Below are positions 32,550 to 43,598 of a stretch of 64,000 nt of DNA, one piece after another. The first letter of the stretch is position 1. Every line of letters starts with the position of its first letter. Below the pieces are notes generated by a model. That model searched no databases. It was not told the origin of the DNA and was given only the letters and a program-made list of their open reading frames with translations. The stretch lies in contig CBDDEL010000017.1 of assembly GCA_965226885.1 (NCBI GenBank), positions 672,001 through 736,000 on the forward strand, given 5' to 3'. This stretch comes from Opitutales bacterium (GTDB lineage: Bacteria; Verrucomicrobiota; Verrucomicrobiia; Opitutales; UBA2987). The position numbers were made by a program, and so were the translations under genes.

Positions 32550-33920
32550 TTAGGTTGGCACCAATCGGCGGGGCGCATGGTTGAAAAGACTGGCCCAAGG
32601 ATAACTCTCACTTAGGTGAAAGTGAATCGTTCGGGTGTTGCGCACGATGACCGCTCCGATCTTGATTAATTTGAGCCGCAGGGTGTGGCATTGGGCCCGC
32701 GCCCACTTCGTCCCTTTTAAGGCTAACCGGCGCATGGCTTCCATCAAGGTGTAGGCCAGCGCCGACAAGAGCAATCGCCACTGATTGGCCCACCATTGAT
32801 GGGCGCTGGTGCGCTCGCTGAACAATTGCATCTGTTCCTTGATTCGGTTCTCCATTTCACCGCGGCCACAGTATACCTTGTCGTAAAGCTCCTGGGGATC
32901 GCCCGGCAGGTTCGTCACCACGAAGCGCGGGTTGGACCCCTGTGCGGTGTGTTCGGCTTTATGGATGACCAACCGCAGCCATCGCCACGAATCGGCAGCA
33001 TAGACGAAGTCCTGGAATAACCGTTGTTTTTTACCCCTTAGTTCGAACCATTCTTTGGCCTGCTTTTGCAACTGCTGGGCGTCTTGCTGCAAGCGTGCAT
33101 TGCGAGCCATCCCCACGATGTAACTAACTTCGTTGCGGTCGCACCAAGAGAGTATCCGGTCTCGACAAAATCCACTGTCGGCGCGCCAAATAATCCGCGT
33201 ACGGGGCCAGCTTTGGCGAATCCGTTTAACCAGCAATTTGAGGATGGCCCCGGCATGCTTGCTGGCATCGATCTTGCTCGGCCGCAGGTAGGCCACCAGC
33301 AGCTGATCACCGCAAAAAACATATAGCGGCAGAAAACAGTAATGATCATAATAACCGTGGAAAAAACGTCCCTCCTGGAGCCCGTGCACCGGATTGTCGG
33401 TGGTGTCAAAGTCCAGGATGATCTCTTCGGGTTCCTCGGCAAAGGAGCCCATGAACTGTTCGACCAACAGCTCGTTTACCGCAAAGGCCGCCCGCCGATC
33501 CTGCCCGTTTTCAAAACGACACAAAGTCGGCGCGCTGGCCAACGTTTCAATGCGCCCCGTTACCGTTTGCAACAATGGATCGTGGCGCAGGGTATCAAAG
33601 TCGTTCAAATCCTCATAGCCCGCCACCAGCCCGTAAACGCGCTGCCGCAGCATCCCCAATACCTCATGGCGTACTTTGCCCTTCTGCCGTTTGTCCACTA
33701 ACTGTCGGGCCGCTCGTTCGGTCAAGCCCAACTGCCGATCCACTTCCCGGATCAAAAGCAGTCCGGCATCCGAAGTAACCTCTCCGCCCTTGAAATCAAC
33801 CCGCACACGGCGGCCTTTTACCCTTGTCAACTGTAGCTTTAATTGTTTACCTTTTGTCATCGCTGATATTGCTTTAATTATTGATCTATCCTGCTGTATA
33901 TCAGCAGTTAAGCATATCAA
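32550..33920 (-). CDS. IS1380 transposase, copy 3
   Basis: Near-identical to 25716-27086. Confidence 0.93.
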   Translation of the reverse strand: MICLTADIQQDRSIIKAISAMTKGKQLKLQLTRVKGRRVRVDFKGGEVTSDAGLLLIREVDRQLGLTERAARQLVDKRQKGKVRHEVLGMLRQRVYGLVAGYEDLNDFDTLRHDPLLQTVTGRIETLASAPTLCRFENGQDRRAAFAVNELLVEQFMGSFAEEPEEIILDFDTTDNPVHGLQEGRFFHGYYDHYCFLPLYVFCGDQLLVAYLRPSKIDASKHAGAILKLLVKRIRQSWPRTRIIWRADSGFCRDRILSWCDRNEVSYIVGMARNARLQQDAQQLQKQAKEWFELRGKKQRLFQDFVYAADSWRWLRLVIHKAEHTAQGSNPRFVVTNLPGDPQELYDKVYCGRGEMENRIKEQMQLFSERTSAHQWWANQWRLLLSALAYTLMEAMRRLALKGTKWARAQCHTLRLKLIKIGAVIVRNTRTIHFHLSESYPWASLFNHAPRRLVPT

Positions 33921-36399
33921 CGATACTTTTTTTACGAAATATCCGGGCTAATCCCCTCATCCGAGATAAAATCGATATTACTGGTCGTGCTGTCATCGAG
34001 TGTCCCGTCATCGGGCGTGCCATCCGCGTTGAGCCGCCCATAAACCCTCCCCGAATCGGTGTCCGCAATATATTGAAGCCGGTCGTCCGAAAGAATGCCG
34101 GCATCGACCACGTTAACCAGATCAGAATGTATCACAGAAAGATCGTAAGTTCCGTCTAGGGTGCCATCGGTCTCAAACCCGGCCAATCCATCGCGCCTTT
34201 CGGCCCCAACATAATCATAGTCATCCCACACCACAACTCGGCCATCGCTTAGTACGGCGAAATCTTCCGGATACCACTCCGATTGGAAACTTCCGGGGGT
34301 GAAAGTGGGATCAAAAGTGCCGTCATTTACCGCTAATCGACCCAATCCCAACAATGGCACCCCATTAACCTCTGGTATATCACCGTCCCCGCTTGGGAAT
34401 ACCACCGAATCATCCGGGAGAAGTTCCAGAGAGAAACTCTCATTGTATTCTCCTGCATCTCCTAGTATTGCCCGGGCAAAGCTAGTGTCCAGGCTTCCAT
34501 CGCTGTTGAAACGGGCGATGGTAGTGCCCGCAATTACTATTTTATCATTAGAGGCTATTCTGAGATTGCGGACCTGTAGAAAAAATGGAGCAACGGTATC
34601 GGCTACTTCATTTCTTGAAACCAAAACGAAACTTGAATCAAAATCTCCATTTGGATCCAGCCGAATCAGCACGGCTTCAGTTCCGGAATCGTCCTCGAAC
34701 CTGCCGCCGATAACCAAGCTGCCATCCGATTGAAAACCTATTCCTCTTGGTGGCCGCCCGACCATTACATAACCGCCGACGCCATAGTCGAGGTCCAGGC
34801 TGCCGTCTGGAAACAAGCGGGCAAATCCTTCTCTGACCTCGCCATTGACCGTCCCAAAAGAACCCCCGATGTAGATATTGCCATCACCATCCAGAATTAT
34901 GCGCGCCCAGATGCCATTCTGGAACCCGGTTGTCTGGTGCTGGATTAATTCGGGAATCTGAAAATCCTGGTCCAGGCTCCCGTCGACGTTCAGGCGAACA
35001 AGCCCGCTCACCAGCAATCCGTCAACATCGGTAAAGGTTCCACCCGCCAGTACTTTGCCATTCGGCTGGGCTGTCAGCATGCGAATGCCGTCATTAAATA
35101 CCGGCGATTCAAAGGAGAAATCTTGAGAACCATCCGGAAATACACGCAAGATGCGGTTTCTGGTAGAGCCGTCCGCCAAGGGAACTCCGTTGTTGCCTGA
35201 AACCAGTATCATTCCATCGTCCAGCACCGTGGTGGCCAGGGTAGAGAATAGTGGGGGTCCGAAATTGAAATTTTCATCCAGTGAACCGTCCGAATCATGC
35301 ACTCGAATTAAGGCTCCGGTTTTCTCGTTGTTCACATTGTGAAAATCGGCCCAGCTTATCAATAGTCCTCCATTTCTGTCGGAATTTACCCGAACGGGAC
35401 CTGTCTCCTGCTTGAATTCGGGGAGGTTAAAATTCGGGTCTAAAGCTCCGAAGGTTCCGGCCAGGGCATTAATAGACCGATCGACTACATTATCCGCATT
35501 TTCATCGACATAAATAAGATCCGCGGGCAATGGGTCGAAACCGAGAACGGGCCGGTATTCTATCAAAGCCTCACCGGCATTTATTCCAAAAACCGTGGCC
35601 CCGTTGGGCTGCCAATCCTGCCCGTTGACACGCCATTGCATCCCATCATTGAAATCGCTGCTGCCTGGGTCAAAATTAACCGTCACGGAACCGGTGGGGT
35701 TGATATTAACTCCGCCGGCCGCGAAATTATTGAAAAAGAGGATTTCCGGATCGACTGCGGTTTCCGCCTCGGTAAATCCGGCCAGGTTCAGGGTGAACGT
35801 ATCTCCCGGTTCCATGAGCCACGACGATCCCAGATTAGAGGAAATCGCCTCGGAAAAGACTCCGTTAACCTCATAAGCGGTCACCAAGGTTTGGCTTTCA
35901 GCAATCCAGAATAGAAAGAGCGTGTAATAATCTCCGGAAACCGTCCGGCGCAATCCGCCAACACCGTTAAATCCCTGAAATCCGAATATGCTGAAATTCC
36001 CGACATCAATCCGCTGCTCGAGGACGGGATTGCCAAATCCGTCATCCGTCGCCAGGACGTTCACCGAATGGAAAAGACTGGCCCCGTTGGCGCTGTTAAA
36101 CAGAGTAAACTCCATCGCGATCCGCTCGCCAATTTCGGCAAATTCGACATGGCCCAAACTGACATCCACGGCCGCACTCCAATCGCTGTCGAAGGGAGGG
36201 AAGCTGTTCAGTTGCTTGGTGACCAAACGCTCCGAGGGATCGTCCCGGGGACCACTTTGAATAAATGAGAAACCGCTCGGGGTTTCCAGCAAATTCAAGA
36301 GGCCGGGATTTTCGCTGTTGGTGCCAAATTCCCAAAGCCCTGGATCCAGTTCATCAATCAGGTCGTCAAGAAAGCCGAGTTGGGCAAACGGGTCTTTTT

Positions 36400-39300
36400 G
36401 TTGCTCATATACAATCACACGCCCGTCGTCGATGATAAGGAGTTGATTGAAGACATCAAGAGCTTCCGATCCAGACCGAAGATCGAGGAAATTATCTTCA
36501 ACATTTATATCAAGTAGGTTTACTAAACCGGCCAGGGTGTTGATGGAGAAAATATTGTTTCTGTGCAGAAAAATACCCTCCAGTGCCGTAAGATTTTCCA
36601 GAGGTTTAATATCAACAATGCGATTATCTTCGAGAAATAAATTAACCATGGAGAATAACTCGCTCAATGGGTTCAAATCGATGATTTGGTTGCCGGGGAG
36701 ATCAAGATTGTTCAAAATTGTAAGCCCACTCAATGGACTCAGGTCCATAATTTGGTTCCCGGCCAAATTAAGGAATTCCAGGTTATGGGCTGCCTCCAGG
36801 CCGGTCAGGTCCCCAATACCCCTTTCTGAAGCATCCAAAAAGGTCAGGGAATTCAAATCTCCGACCGTGAGTTGGGGTTGCTCACCGGGTATGCCCAATT
36901 CATCGCGGATCGCGGCTTCCAGATTCTGGTCAGGAATGTCAACGGGATCATCAAAGAAAGATACCCCGCCAGCGGCAAAATCCGTGCCGATAACCTCACC
37001 GGCCGAAAGTTCCAATTGGGTCTGGAATGAGACCCCGCCAATAGTAATTTCGAAGGTGCTGCCATCCTGCATGCCCCAGCGCTCCAACGGATCTATGCTG
37101 TCGAAATCAAAAATTACTCCGTCCACTTCGTATGAAAATCGTAGTAAATGAGCCGCAGAGTCCCAGGTTATCCGCAACAATACCTCCGGCACAAAGAGAC
37201 CACGTTCTTCCAAAATGTCCGGCAGATCGGGATTTTCATTCACATCGCCACTGATAATTGAGCGGCTGAGAAAATTATCTCCACTGTTAAAGCTAAAGCC
37301 AAGATGTCCGTATTCAATGAAAGCGAGATTGTTTGGCCGCTGGCTGTAGTTAACGATAATACTGAACCTAATGGCTTCTAAACGGTCATCCTCAATGATA
37401 CTGGTCAAACCCACGTCTGAATTTGGGACACTGACATTTACCTCCACCTGCCAGTCGTCTATAACCGAGGCAACGGCCTGAAGAGTCCGGGATACTGCAT
37501 TCAATCCGTCATCGAGGACGTCAAAGTGGACCACGCTCAGCCCATCAGTTCCCTCCTCCAGATCGATGGCATCAATATCTGTGCTACCCACCCCCGACCA
37601 AAACGGCTCCAACGCATCCTTGAGATCGTCGAGAAACTGTGTGTCCTGCAACGGGACAAACCCATCGGCCTTGAAGTCCATCAAATAGGCCGTTTCAGCG
37701 GCGATTGCCAGATCGGTGTTGGTGAAACCTTGCAGGTCCAGTTGAAAAGTGCCCCCAGGCTGCAAATCCCAACGGTCACCTAATTCAACGCGGGCCAATT
37801 CCCACACGGAGCCGTCCTCCAGAACATAGACACTGGTCAGCGTCTGGGCAATGGAATCCCAAAACAACCGCAGGACAACTTCGATCGAAGTATGTAAGTC
37901 ACGTCCCCCTATAGTCGCATCAGAGGCATTGTTGGTAAATCCACCCATAAATACCGAAGGCTCGTCCACTGAGACGTCAAAACCATCGGTCATGTAGGAG
38001 ACCTCACGAGACCTCACCATAGTTAAAAAGAAAATCGGTTGGGTCGCTATTATTGAATAATTTAATTCCGATTCTTAAATACTCACTATCAGGAGTTTCC
38101 GGCACTGCTCGGCTCGGCAAAGCCAAGTCGTCGATATGCGAACGCACCTCCGCCTGCCAGTCGCGATCCACCGGGACGTAGCCTTTGAAAGGAAGATTCA
38201 CCCCCAGATTGGTATTTGGATCATTTTGGGTAAAACTGTAACCAACTGAAGTTTCCACCAGGTCGATGACACCAGGGTTGTCATTTTCGAGTGGGGACCA
38301 GATCGGCTCCAGGGCATCCTTCAGATCGTCCACCAAAGGCAATCCGGCAAAGAGGTCGTTTTGCGGTTCGAAAATGACCGGGTTGAACGAGATATCGTCA
38401 AGAGCGTCGATGACCGCACGGGCGCTGGATCCATCGCTCACGATGAGGAAGTTATTATTGACTTCCACTTCAAACGGGCTGGTCAGCCCAGCCAGGGCGT
38501 CGATGTTAAACAACAGATTGTCGCTGAGAAAGATCACTCCCAACCCGGTAAGGCCAGACAGTGGGCCGATATCGCGTATCTGATTGTTTTGCAACTCCAA
38601 CCGAAACAGGTTTGACAACCCGCTCAAGGGGCTGATGTCGCCGATTTGGTTATTGTAGAGGATTAAGGTATCCAAGCTTTCTAACCCGCCTAATGGGATT
38701 AAATTGCTAATCTGGTTTGCCCCAAGATGGAGACTGACTAATGCCGTCAACCCATTCAGTGGAGTCAGATCGCTGATTAAATTGTTATCAAGGTTTAGAA
38801 ATGTCAGAGCATCCAGTCCACTCAAGGGGCTGAGGTCGTCGATTTGGTTATTGTTGAGCAAAATAAAATCAAGCACGGCCAGATTGCTGAGAGGGCCGAT
38901 ATCACTTAATTGGTTGAAATCGAGGAATAGGCCAGTCAGGTTTGTTAATCCGCCTAATGGAGTTATATCACTAATCTGGTTTGCGCCAAGATCCAGATCG
39001 AGCAGTGACGTCAATAGTGTCAAAGGACTCAGATCGCTGACCTGATTGATGAAAAGAACCAGATTATTTAACGCCGTCAGATTGCTGAGTGGGCCGATGT
39101 CGCTGACCTGGTTATTACTGAGATTAAGCTCAATAAGGTTCGTCAATCCACTCAGGGGCCCAATATTGCTGATCTGGTTGTTAGCAAGGATTAGAAAATT
39201 CAGGTTGATCAAGGTTGATCAACCCGCTCAAGGGACCAATATCGCTGACCTGGTTCCCATCGACGTTTAATTCATTCAAGGCGGCTAATCCACTCAATGG

Positions 39301-39700
39301 GCTTATATCGATAAGCTGGTTATCCCAAAGATGCAGAAATGTTAGAGATGTCAGCCCGCTTAGTGGCCCTATGTCGGAAATTTGGTTGCCTCCTAAGGCA
39401 AGAAAATCTAATCCAGTTAGATTTGCCAATGGGCTAAGATCGCTGACCGAACTACCCCTCAACTCAAGGCCGGTTAGAGCCGTCAACCCGCTCAAGGGGC
39501 TCAAGTCGACAACTTGATTATCAGCTAAATTGAGGCCCGTCAGGTTGACCGCGGTCTCCAATCCCGTCAGATCAGTAATACCTAAATCCGTAGCATCCAG
39601 GTTAAACAGGTTGGCCATATCCTCCTCTGTCAGGTCGAGAGAAGGAATTTCCAAAGTATCGCGGATGGCCTGCTCAAGGGCAGGATCCGGGATGTAAACA
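36400..39700 (-). repeat. Two blocks of internalin/SDS22-type 22-aa leucine-rich repeats (about 38440-39700 and 36400-36950)
   Basis: Cap IPDxxLExAIRD..L followed by LSGLTNLxxLxLxxNQISDIxP repeats. Confidence 0.9.
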
Positions 39701-40330
39701 ATTAGAGCGATGAGAGGTTTCTTATCTCTACTGTAGCGGTATCTACCCCTTCATTTATATCGTAAATTTCGTAAACAAAACTGTCGTGAGTATCCCCGCT
39801 GCCACCGTGCACATAGGTGAAGGATCCATCCGGTGCCAGGGTTAAGGTTCCAAAGCTCGGTCCGCTTACCGGGGTAATGTTGACATTGAGGGAGTCGTGA
39901 TTGGCGTCCACATCATTGGCCAAGACGCTGGTCGCGCCACTATCCAGTGTGGATGTACTGCCACCCACCGTTACCGCCGCCGAATCATCATTGGCCATTG
40001 GCGGCGTATTGGTGCTAAGTGTGCCGCCACTCAAAAAATCAACCCACCCGGCATCCGCTCCAAAAGTATCGGATGGGTCTTTACCATAAACCCACCGAAG
40101 TGTGTGTTCTCCGGATGGGATCGAATGTTCAACCAGTGTCCAGTCCACCTCACCGGATATTTCCAGTTGATGCACGCCATCGACAGAAAATCCTAAATCA
40201 TCCCAGGTCGGCTCCGAAGAAACCTTCCAATAGAAACTGACAGTGGCTGGGCCCTCCACAATGACGGAAAGATCGGAGAACTCATTATGAGTGATGTGCA
40301 CTGGAAAAAGTGGACACGAGATTCTCCTAA

Positions 40331-40642
40331 ATGGAGAATCGAAGCATGGGAAGAAGACGCTTTAGTATAGAGTTCAAAAATGAGGCAGTTCAACTGATGA
40401 TACTCGATGGTCTGAGCGCCACCGAGGTATCGACCAAACTTGGGGTCAACACCAACCAATTGTATAGGTGGAAGAGGCTCTATCTGGACGATCAGCAGGG
40501 CGAAGCCACCTCAAAGCGACAGAGCAGTCCGAAGGAGATGGCGGCCGAGATAGATCGTCTTCGCAAAGAGCTGCGCCGCTCGGAGCGGATCAACCAGATA
40601 CTAAAAAAAACGGTGGGCTACTTTGCCAAGGACGAACAATGA
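40331..40642 (+). CDS. IS3 OrfA
   Basis: FSIEFKNEAV HTH and leucine zipper; A8 slippery run at 40603-40610. Confidence 0.88.
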   Translation: MENRSMGRRRFSIEFKNEAVQLMILDGLSATEVSTKLGVNTNQLYRWKRLYLDDQQGEATSKRQSSPKEMAAEIDRLRKELRRSERINQILKKTVGYFAKDEQ

Positions 40643-41556
40643 AGTACCAGTTTGTCAAAGACAACGAGGGGCGCTTCAAGATCGAGGAAATATGCTCGGC
40701 GATGGGGATTTGTCGCAGTGACTATTACTGCTGGAGGCACCGAGCGCCCTCGGCCCGGCGGATCGAGGACGAGGGAATCAAGGGGGCGATCCTGAAGGTA
40801 CACAAAGAGGCCAAGGGCCGCTATGGGCATCGGCCAATGCACCGCCATCTGAAGGATGATGAGGGCATCGATTGCGGCCGTGACCGGGCTCTGCGTCTGA
40901 TGCGTGAAATGGGAATCAAAAGCACCCAGAGTAAACGCTTTAAGCCATTAAAAACCAACAGTAACCATCCCTATGGTTACAGCCCCAATGTGCTTAAAAA
41001 GCATGGCCAGCCGACCCATATCGACGAGGTCTGGGTGGCGGGCACGACCTACCTACGGACCCTGGCCGGTTGGATGTACTTGGCCACGGTGATGGACCTG
41101 TTCAGCCGACGCCTGCTGGGCTGGAGCGTTTCCAACCACAACGACGCGAAGCTGGTTGGCAAGGCCCTCAAAGCCGCGGCCATGACCCGCGGCACACTGC
41201 GCACCGGGATTATTCATCACAGCGATCGGGGCAGCCCCTACGCCAGCGACGACTATCAGAGGCTGGTCTCTGAACTAGGCATGAAGCCGAGCATGAGCGC
41301 CCAAGGCAACTGCTACGACAACGCGGCCATGGAATCGTTCTACGGCCGCTTCAAGACCAGCACGATTCGAGGCCGCCACTTTGCCGACGAGCGCGAACTG
41401 CGATCAACTGTCTTCGAATACGTGGAAATCTTCTACAACCGATATCGCAAACATTCCTCTCTGAGTTACCAAAGCCCAGTCCAATTCGAGGAAAATATTT
41501 GCCCCCCATGGGGGGCAACGAGAAAACAAAACCCTTTACCAAAACAAGCCGCCTGA
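40639..41556 (+). CDS. IS3 OrfB (rve core), first catalytic Asp apparently replaced by Gly
   Basis: WVAGTTY, HHSDRGS, GNCYDNAAMESF, YNRYRKHSSL. Confidence 0.85.
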   Translation: MKYQFVKDNEGRFKIEEICSAMGICRSDYYCWRHRAPSARRIEDEGIKGAILKVHKEAKGRYGHRPMHRHLKDDEGIDCGRDRALRLMREMGIKSTQSKRFKPLKTNSNHPYGYSPNVLKKHGQPTHIDEVWVAGTTYLRTLAGWMYLATVMDLFSRRLLGWSVSNHNDAKLVGKALKAAAMTRGTLRTGIIHHSDRGSPYASDDYQRLVSELGMKPSMSAQGNCYDNAAMESFYGRFKTSTIRGRHFADERELRSTVFEYVEIFYNRYRKHSSLSYQSPVQFEENICPPWGATRKQNPLPKQAA

Positions 41557-42092
41557 CACACTAATCAATAAACAATGAATATAAGAGAATCCCGTGTCCA
41601 ACAAATCCAGTACACGTCAGGATGGCTCCGCTTTGCAAAGCATCGACTCCATCGTCGGGAGAACTGAAAGTATTCTGATTATACCACCGGGCATAGCCAT
41701 CTGATATCCAGGTGGGGTTTACATGATCGGCGCCCTCCTCAAACTCGCCTACCGGGAATAACTCCAATAGATCGACCCACCCGGCATCATCTCCCTCATC
41801 CGAAATGAAGTCCTTTGAGTAAATCCATTGCAGGTTATGTTCTCCCGAACCAAGTTGAACGGGAATATGTTCCCAATCCACTTCCCCTGAAATGCTCCTG
41901 CGTGGTCCTTCTTCATCATTGACGAAAAAATCCAAATTATCATAAGTTGGCTCCGAGGATACTTTCCACCAATATCCAAGCGCCACCGGCCCGGTGACGG
42001 TTACCGAAAGATCCGAACTGTAAACGCCGGGGAAAAACCGGTACGGTAAAGAGGGCGCTTTAAAACCGGTACGCTTATCCTAGAAAGGAGGA

Positions 42093-43598
42093 GTGTATCG
42101 AGATATGAAGCAATGGACAAGAGTGCGGCACAAAGTGCTGCGGGACAAGCAGAGCAAGCGCTCTGTAATGCGAGAAGAGGGACTGCACTGGGAGACCCTG
42201 GGAAAGATGCTGGCCTATTCCCAGCCGCCGGGATACCGGCGCAAGAAGAGGCGAGAGCGCAAGATCGATCCGTATGTGGGCTGGATCGAGGAGGTGCTCA
42301 AAGCGGACCGGAACGTGCCCAAGAAGCAGCGCCATACGGCCAAACGGATCTACCAGCGTTTGGGTCGGGAGAAGGGCTACCAAGGGGGCTACACGGCGGT
42401 CAAGGAGGTGGTGGCCGAGCTGCGAGCGAGGCGGCGGGAAGTGTTCGTGCCGCTGGAGCACCGCCCCGGGGAGGGACAGGTGGACTTCGGTCATGCCCTG
42501 GTGAAGGAGGCGGGGCAATTGCGTAGGCGGCCATTTTTTGCCATGAGCCTGCCCTACAGCGATGCCTTTTTCGTGCAGGTGTTCGAACGGGAGTGCACGG
42601 AGAGCTTCTGGGAGGGGCACCTGCGAGCTTTTGAGTTTTTCGGGGCGGTGCCCCGGCGCATCAGCTATGACAACTCGAAGGTGGCGGTGGGTAAGATTAT
42701 CGGTTCGCGTGAACGCAAGCTGACCGACGGGTTTCTGCAGCTACAGAGCCATTACCTGTTCGAGGAACACTTCTGTCTGCCCGCCCGGCCCAACGAGAAG
42801 GGCGTGGTCGAGGGGATCGTGCGTTATGCCCGGGCCAACTTCCTGGTACCGGTACCGCAGGTTCGGGACCTGGAGGAACTCAACGCAAAGCTGTTGGAGG
42901 CATGTGAGCGGGACATGGAGCGTAAATTACGCGGGAAAAGGGCGGTGAAAAAGGAACTGCTGGCCGAGGAGCGCGCCGTCATGCTGGCGTTGCCGCCCAT
43001 ACCCTTTGAAGCGAGCCGCAAACGCTCGACCTGCGTCAGCAGCCTCTCGCTGGTGCGCTTCGAGTGCAACGACTATTCGGTGCCGGTGCGCTGCGCCCAC
43101 CATCCGGTGGTGGTGGAAGGGTCCTGTCGGCAGGTGGTGATCTTCTGTGGGGGCCAAGAGGTGGCCCGGCACCGCCGCATTTGGGATAAAGAGCAAGTCT
43201 CTTTCGAGCCGGTGCACTACCTGGCTTTGCTGGAGAAAAAACCGGGCGCTTTGGACTTCGCCCGCCCACTCTCGGGCTGGCAGTTGCCGCAGTGCCTGCA
43301 GGTCCTCAGACGCCGGCTCGAAAGCCAATGCGGGGGCGAAGGCACCCGGGAGTATATCCGGGTGCTGCGGCTGTTGGAGAAACACCCCATGGCGGCCTTG
43401 CAGCAGGCCGTCGTCTCGGCCCTGCGGGTGGGGGGACTGACTCGTGAGGCCATCGCCCAGTATCTCTATCCTCAGGAAGACTACGGGAGCAGAACCTTCC
43501 GGCTGGACGGCCATCCACACCTGCGTCACGTCCGTGTGGCCGCCCCTGACCTCGGTGCCTACAGCGAACTGCTCAAGATTCCAGGAGGGGCTTTATGA
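42093..43598 (+). CDS. istA: IS21 transposase
   Basis: Protein identical to 5693-7198. Confidence 0.95.
   Translation: MYRDMKQWTRVRHKVLRDKQSKRSVMREEGLHWETLGKMLAYSQPPGYRRKKRRERKIDPYVGWIEEVLKADRNVPKKQRHTAKRIYQRLGREKGYQGGYTAVKEVVAELRARRREVFVPLEHRPGEGQVDFGHALVKEAGQLRRRPFFAMSLPYSDAFFVQVFERECTESFWEGHLRAFEFFGAVPRRISYDNSKVAVGKIIGSRERKLTDGFLQLQSHYLFEEHFCLPARPNEKGVVEGIVRYARANFLVPVPQVRDLEELNAKLLEACERDMERKLRGKRAVKKELLAEERAVMLALPPIPFEASRKRSTCVSSLSLVRFECNDYSVPVRCAHHPVVVEGSCRQVVIFCGGQEVARHRRIWDKEQVSFEPVHYLALLEKKPGALDFARPLSGWQLPQCLQVLRRRLESQCGGEGTREYIRVLRLLEKHPMAALQQAVVSALRVGGLTREAIAQYLYPQEDYGSRTFRLDGHPHLRHVRVAAPDLGAYSELLKIPGGAL

Larger units (their letters stand above)
30969..33947 (-). mobile_element. IS1380 type A head-to-tail tandem (two transposase genes, two IRL, one IRR)
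   Basis: Outer TSD CTAA (30965-30968, 33948-33951); inner IRL at 32549 abuts the stop codon of the other copy. Confidence 0.9.
23180..35690 (-). repeat. Three large delta-60 (DUF5122-like) repeat modules within the giant gene
   Basis: Recurrent QPDGKVLxGGxFT...GLVRLNxDGSLD; modules are introduced by a QWRVxG..WQxNG..EYRPVLG spacer. Confidence 0.85.
40292..41619 (+). mobile_element. IS3-family element
   Basis: IRL TGATGTGCACTGGA..TGGACAC, IRR (reverse complement) TGACGTGTACTGGA..TGGACAC; no clear TSD. Confidence 0.9.
21610..42018 (-). pseudogene. Giant multidomain surface/secreted protein (at least ~4,800 aa), fragmented; 5' end missing
   Basis: ORF pieces 41620-42018, 39702-40291, 39181-39700, 38004-39212, 33948-38020, 27256-30964, 23559-25684, 22566-23558 and 21610-22700 join in frame after removing ISs and local lesions. 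Confidence 0.85.

Noticed and set aside
23180..35690. Diversity-generating retroelement template/variable pairs among the repeated modules
   Set aside because: No reverse transcriptase in the window; modules diverge throughout, not only at adenines
36400..39700. 66-bp periodicity resembling a CRISPR array
   Set aside because: The repeats are degenerate codons of 22-aa LRRs; no constant repeat/spacer pattern and no cas genes
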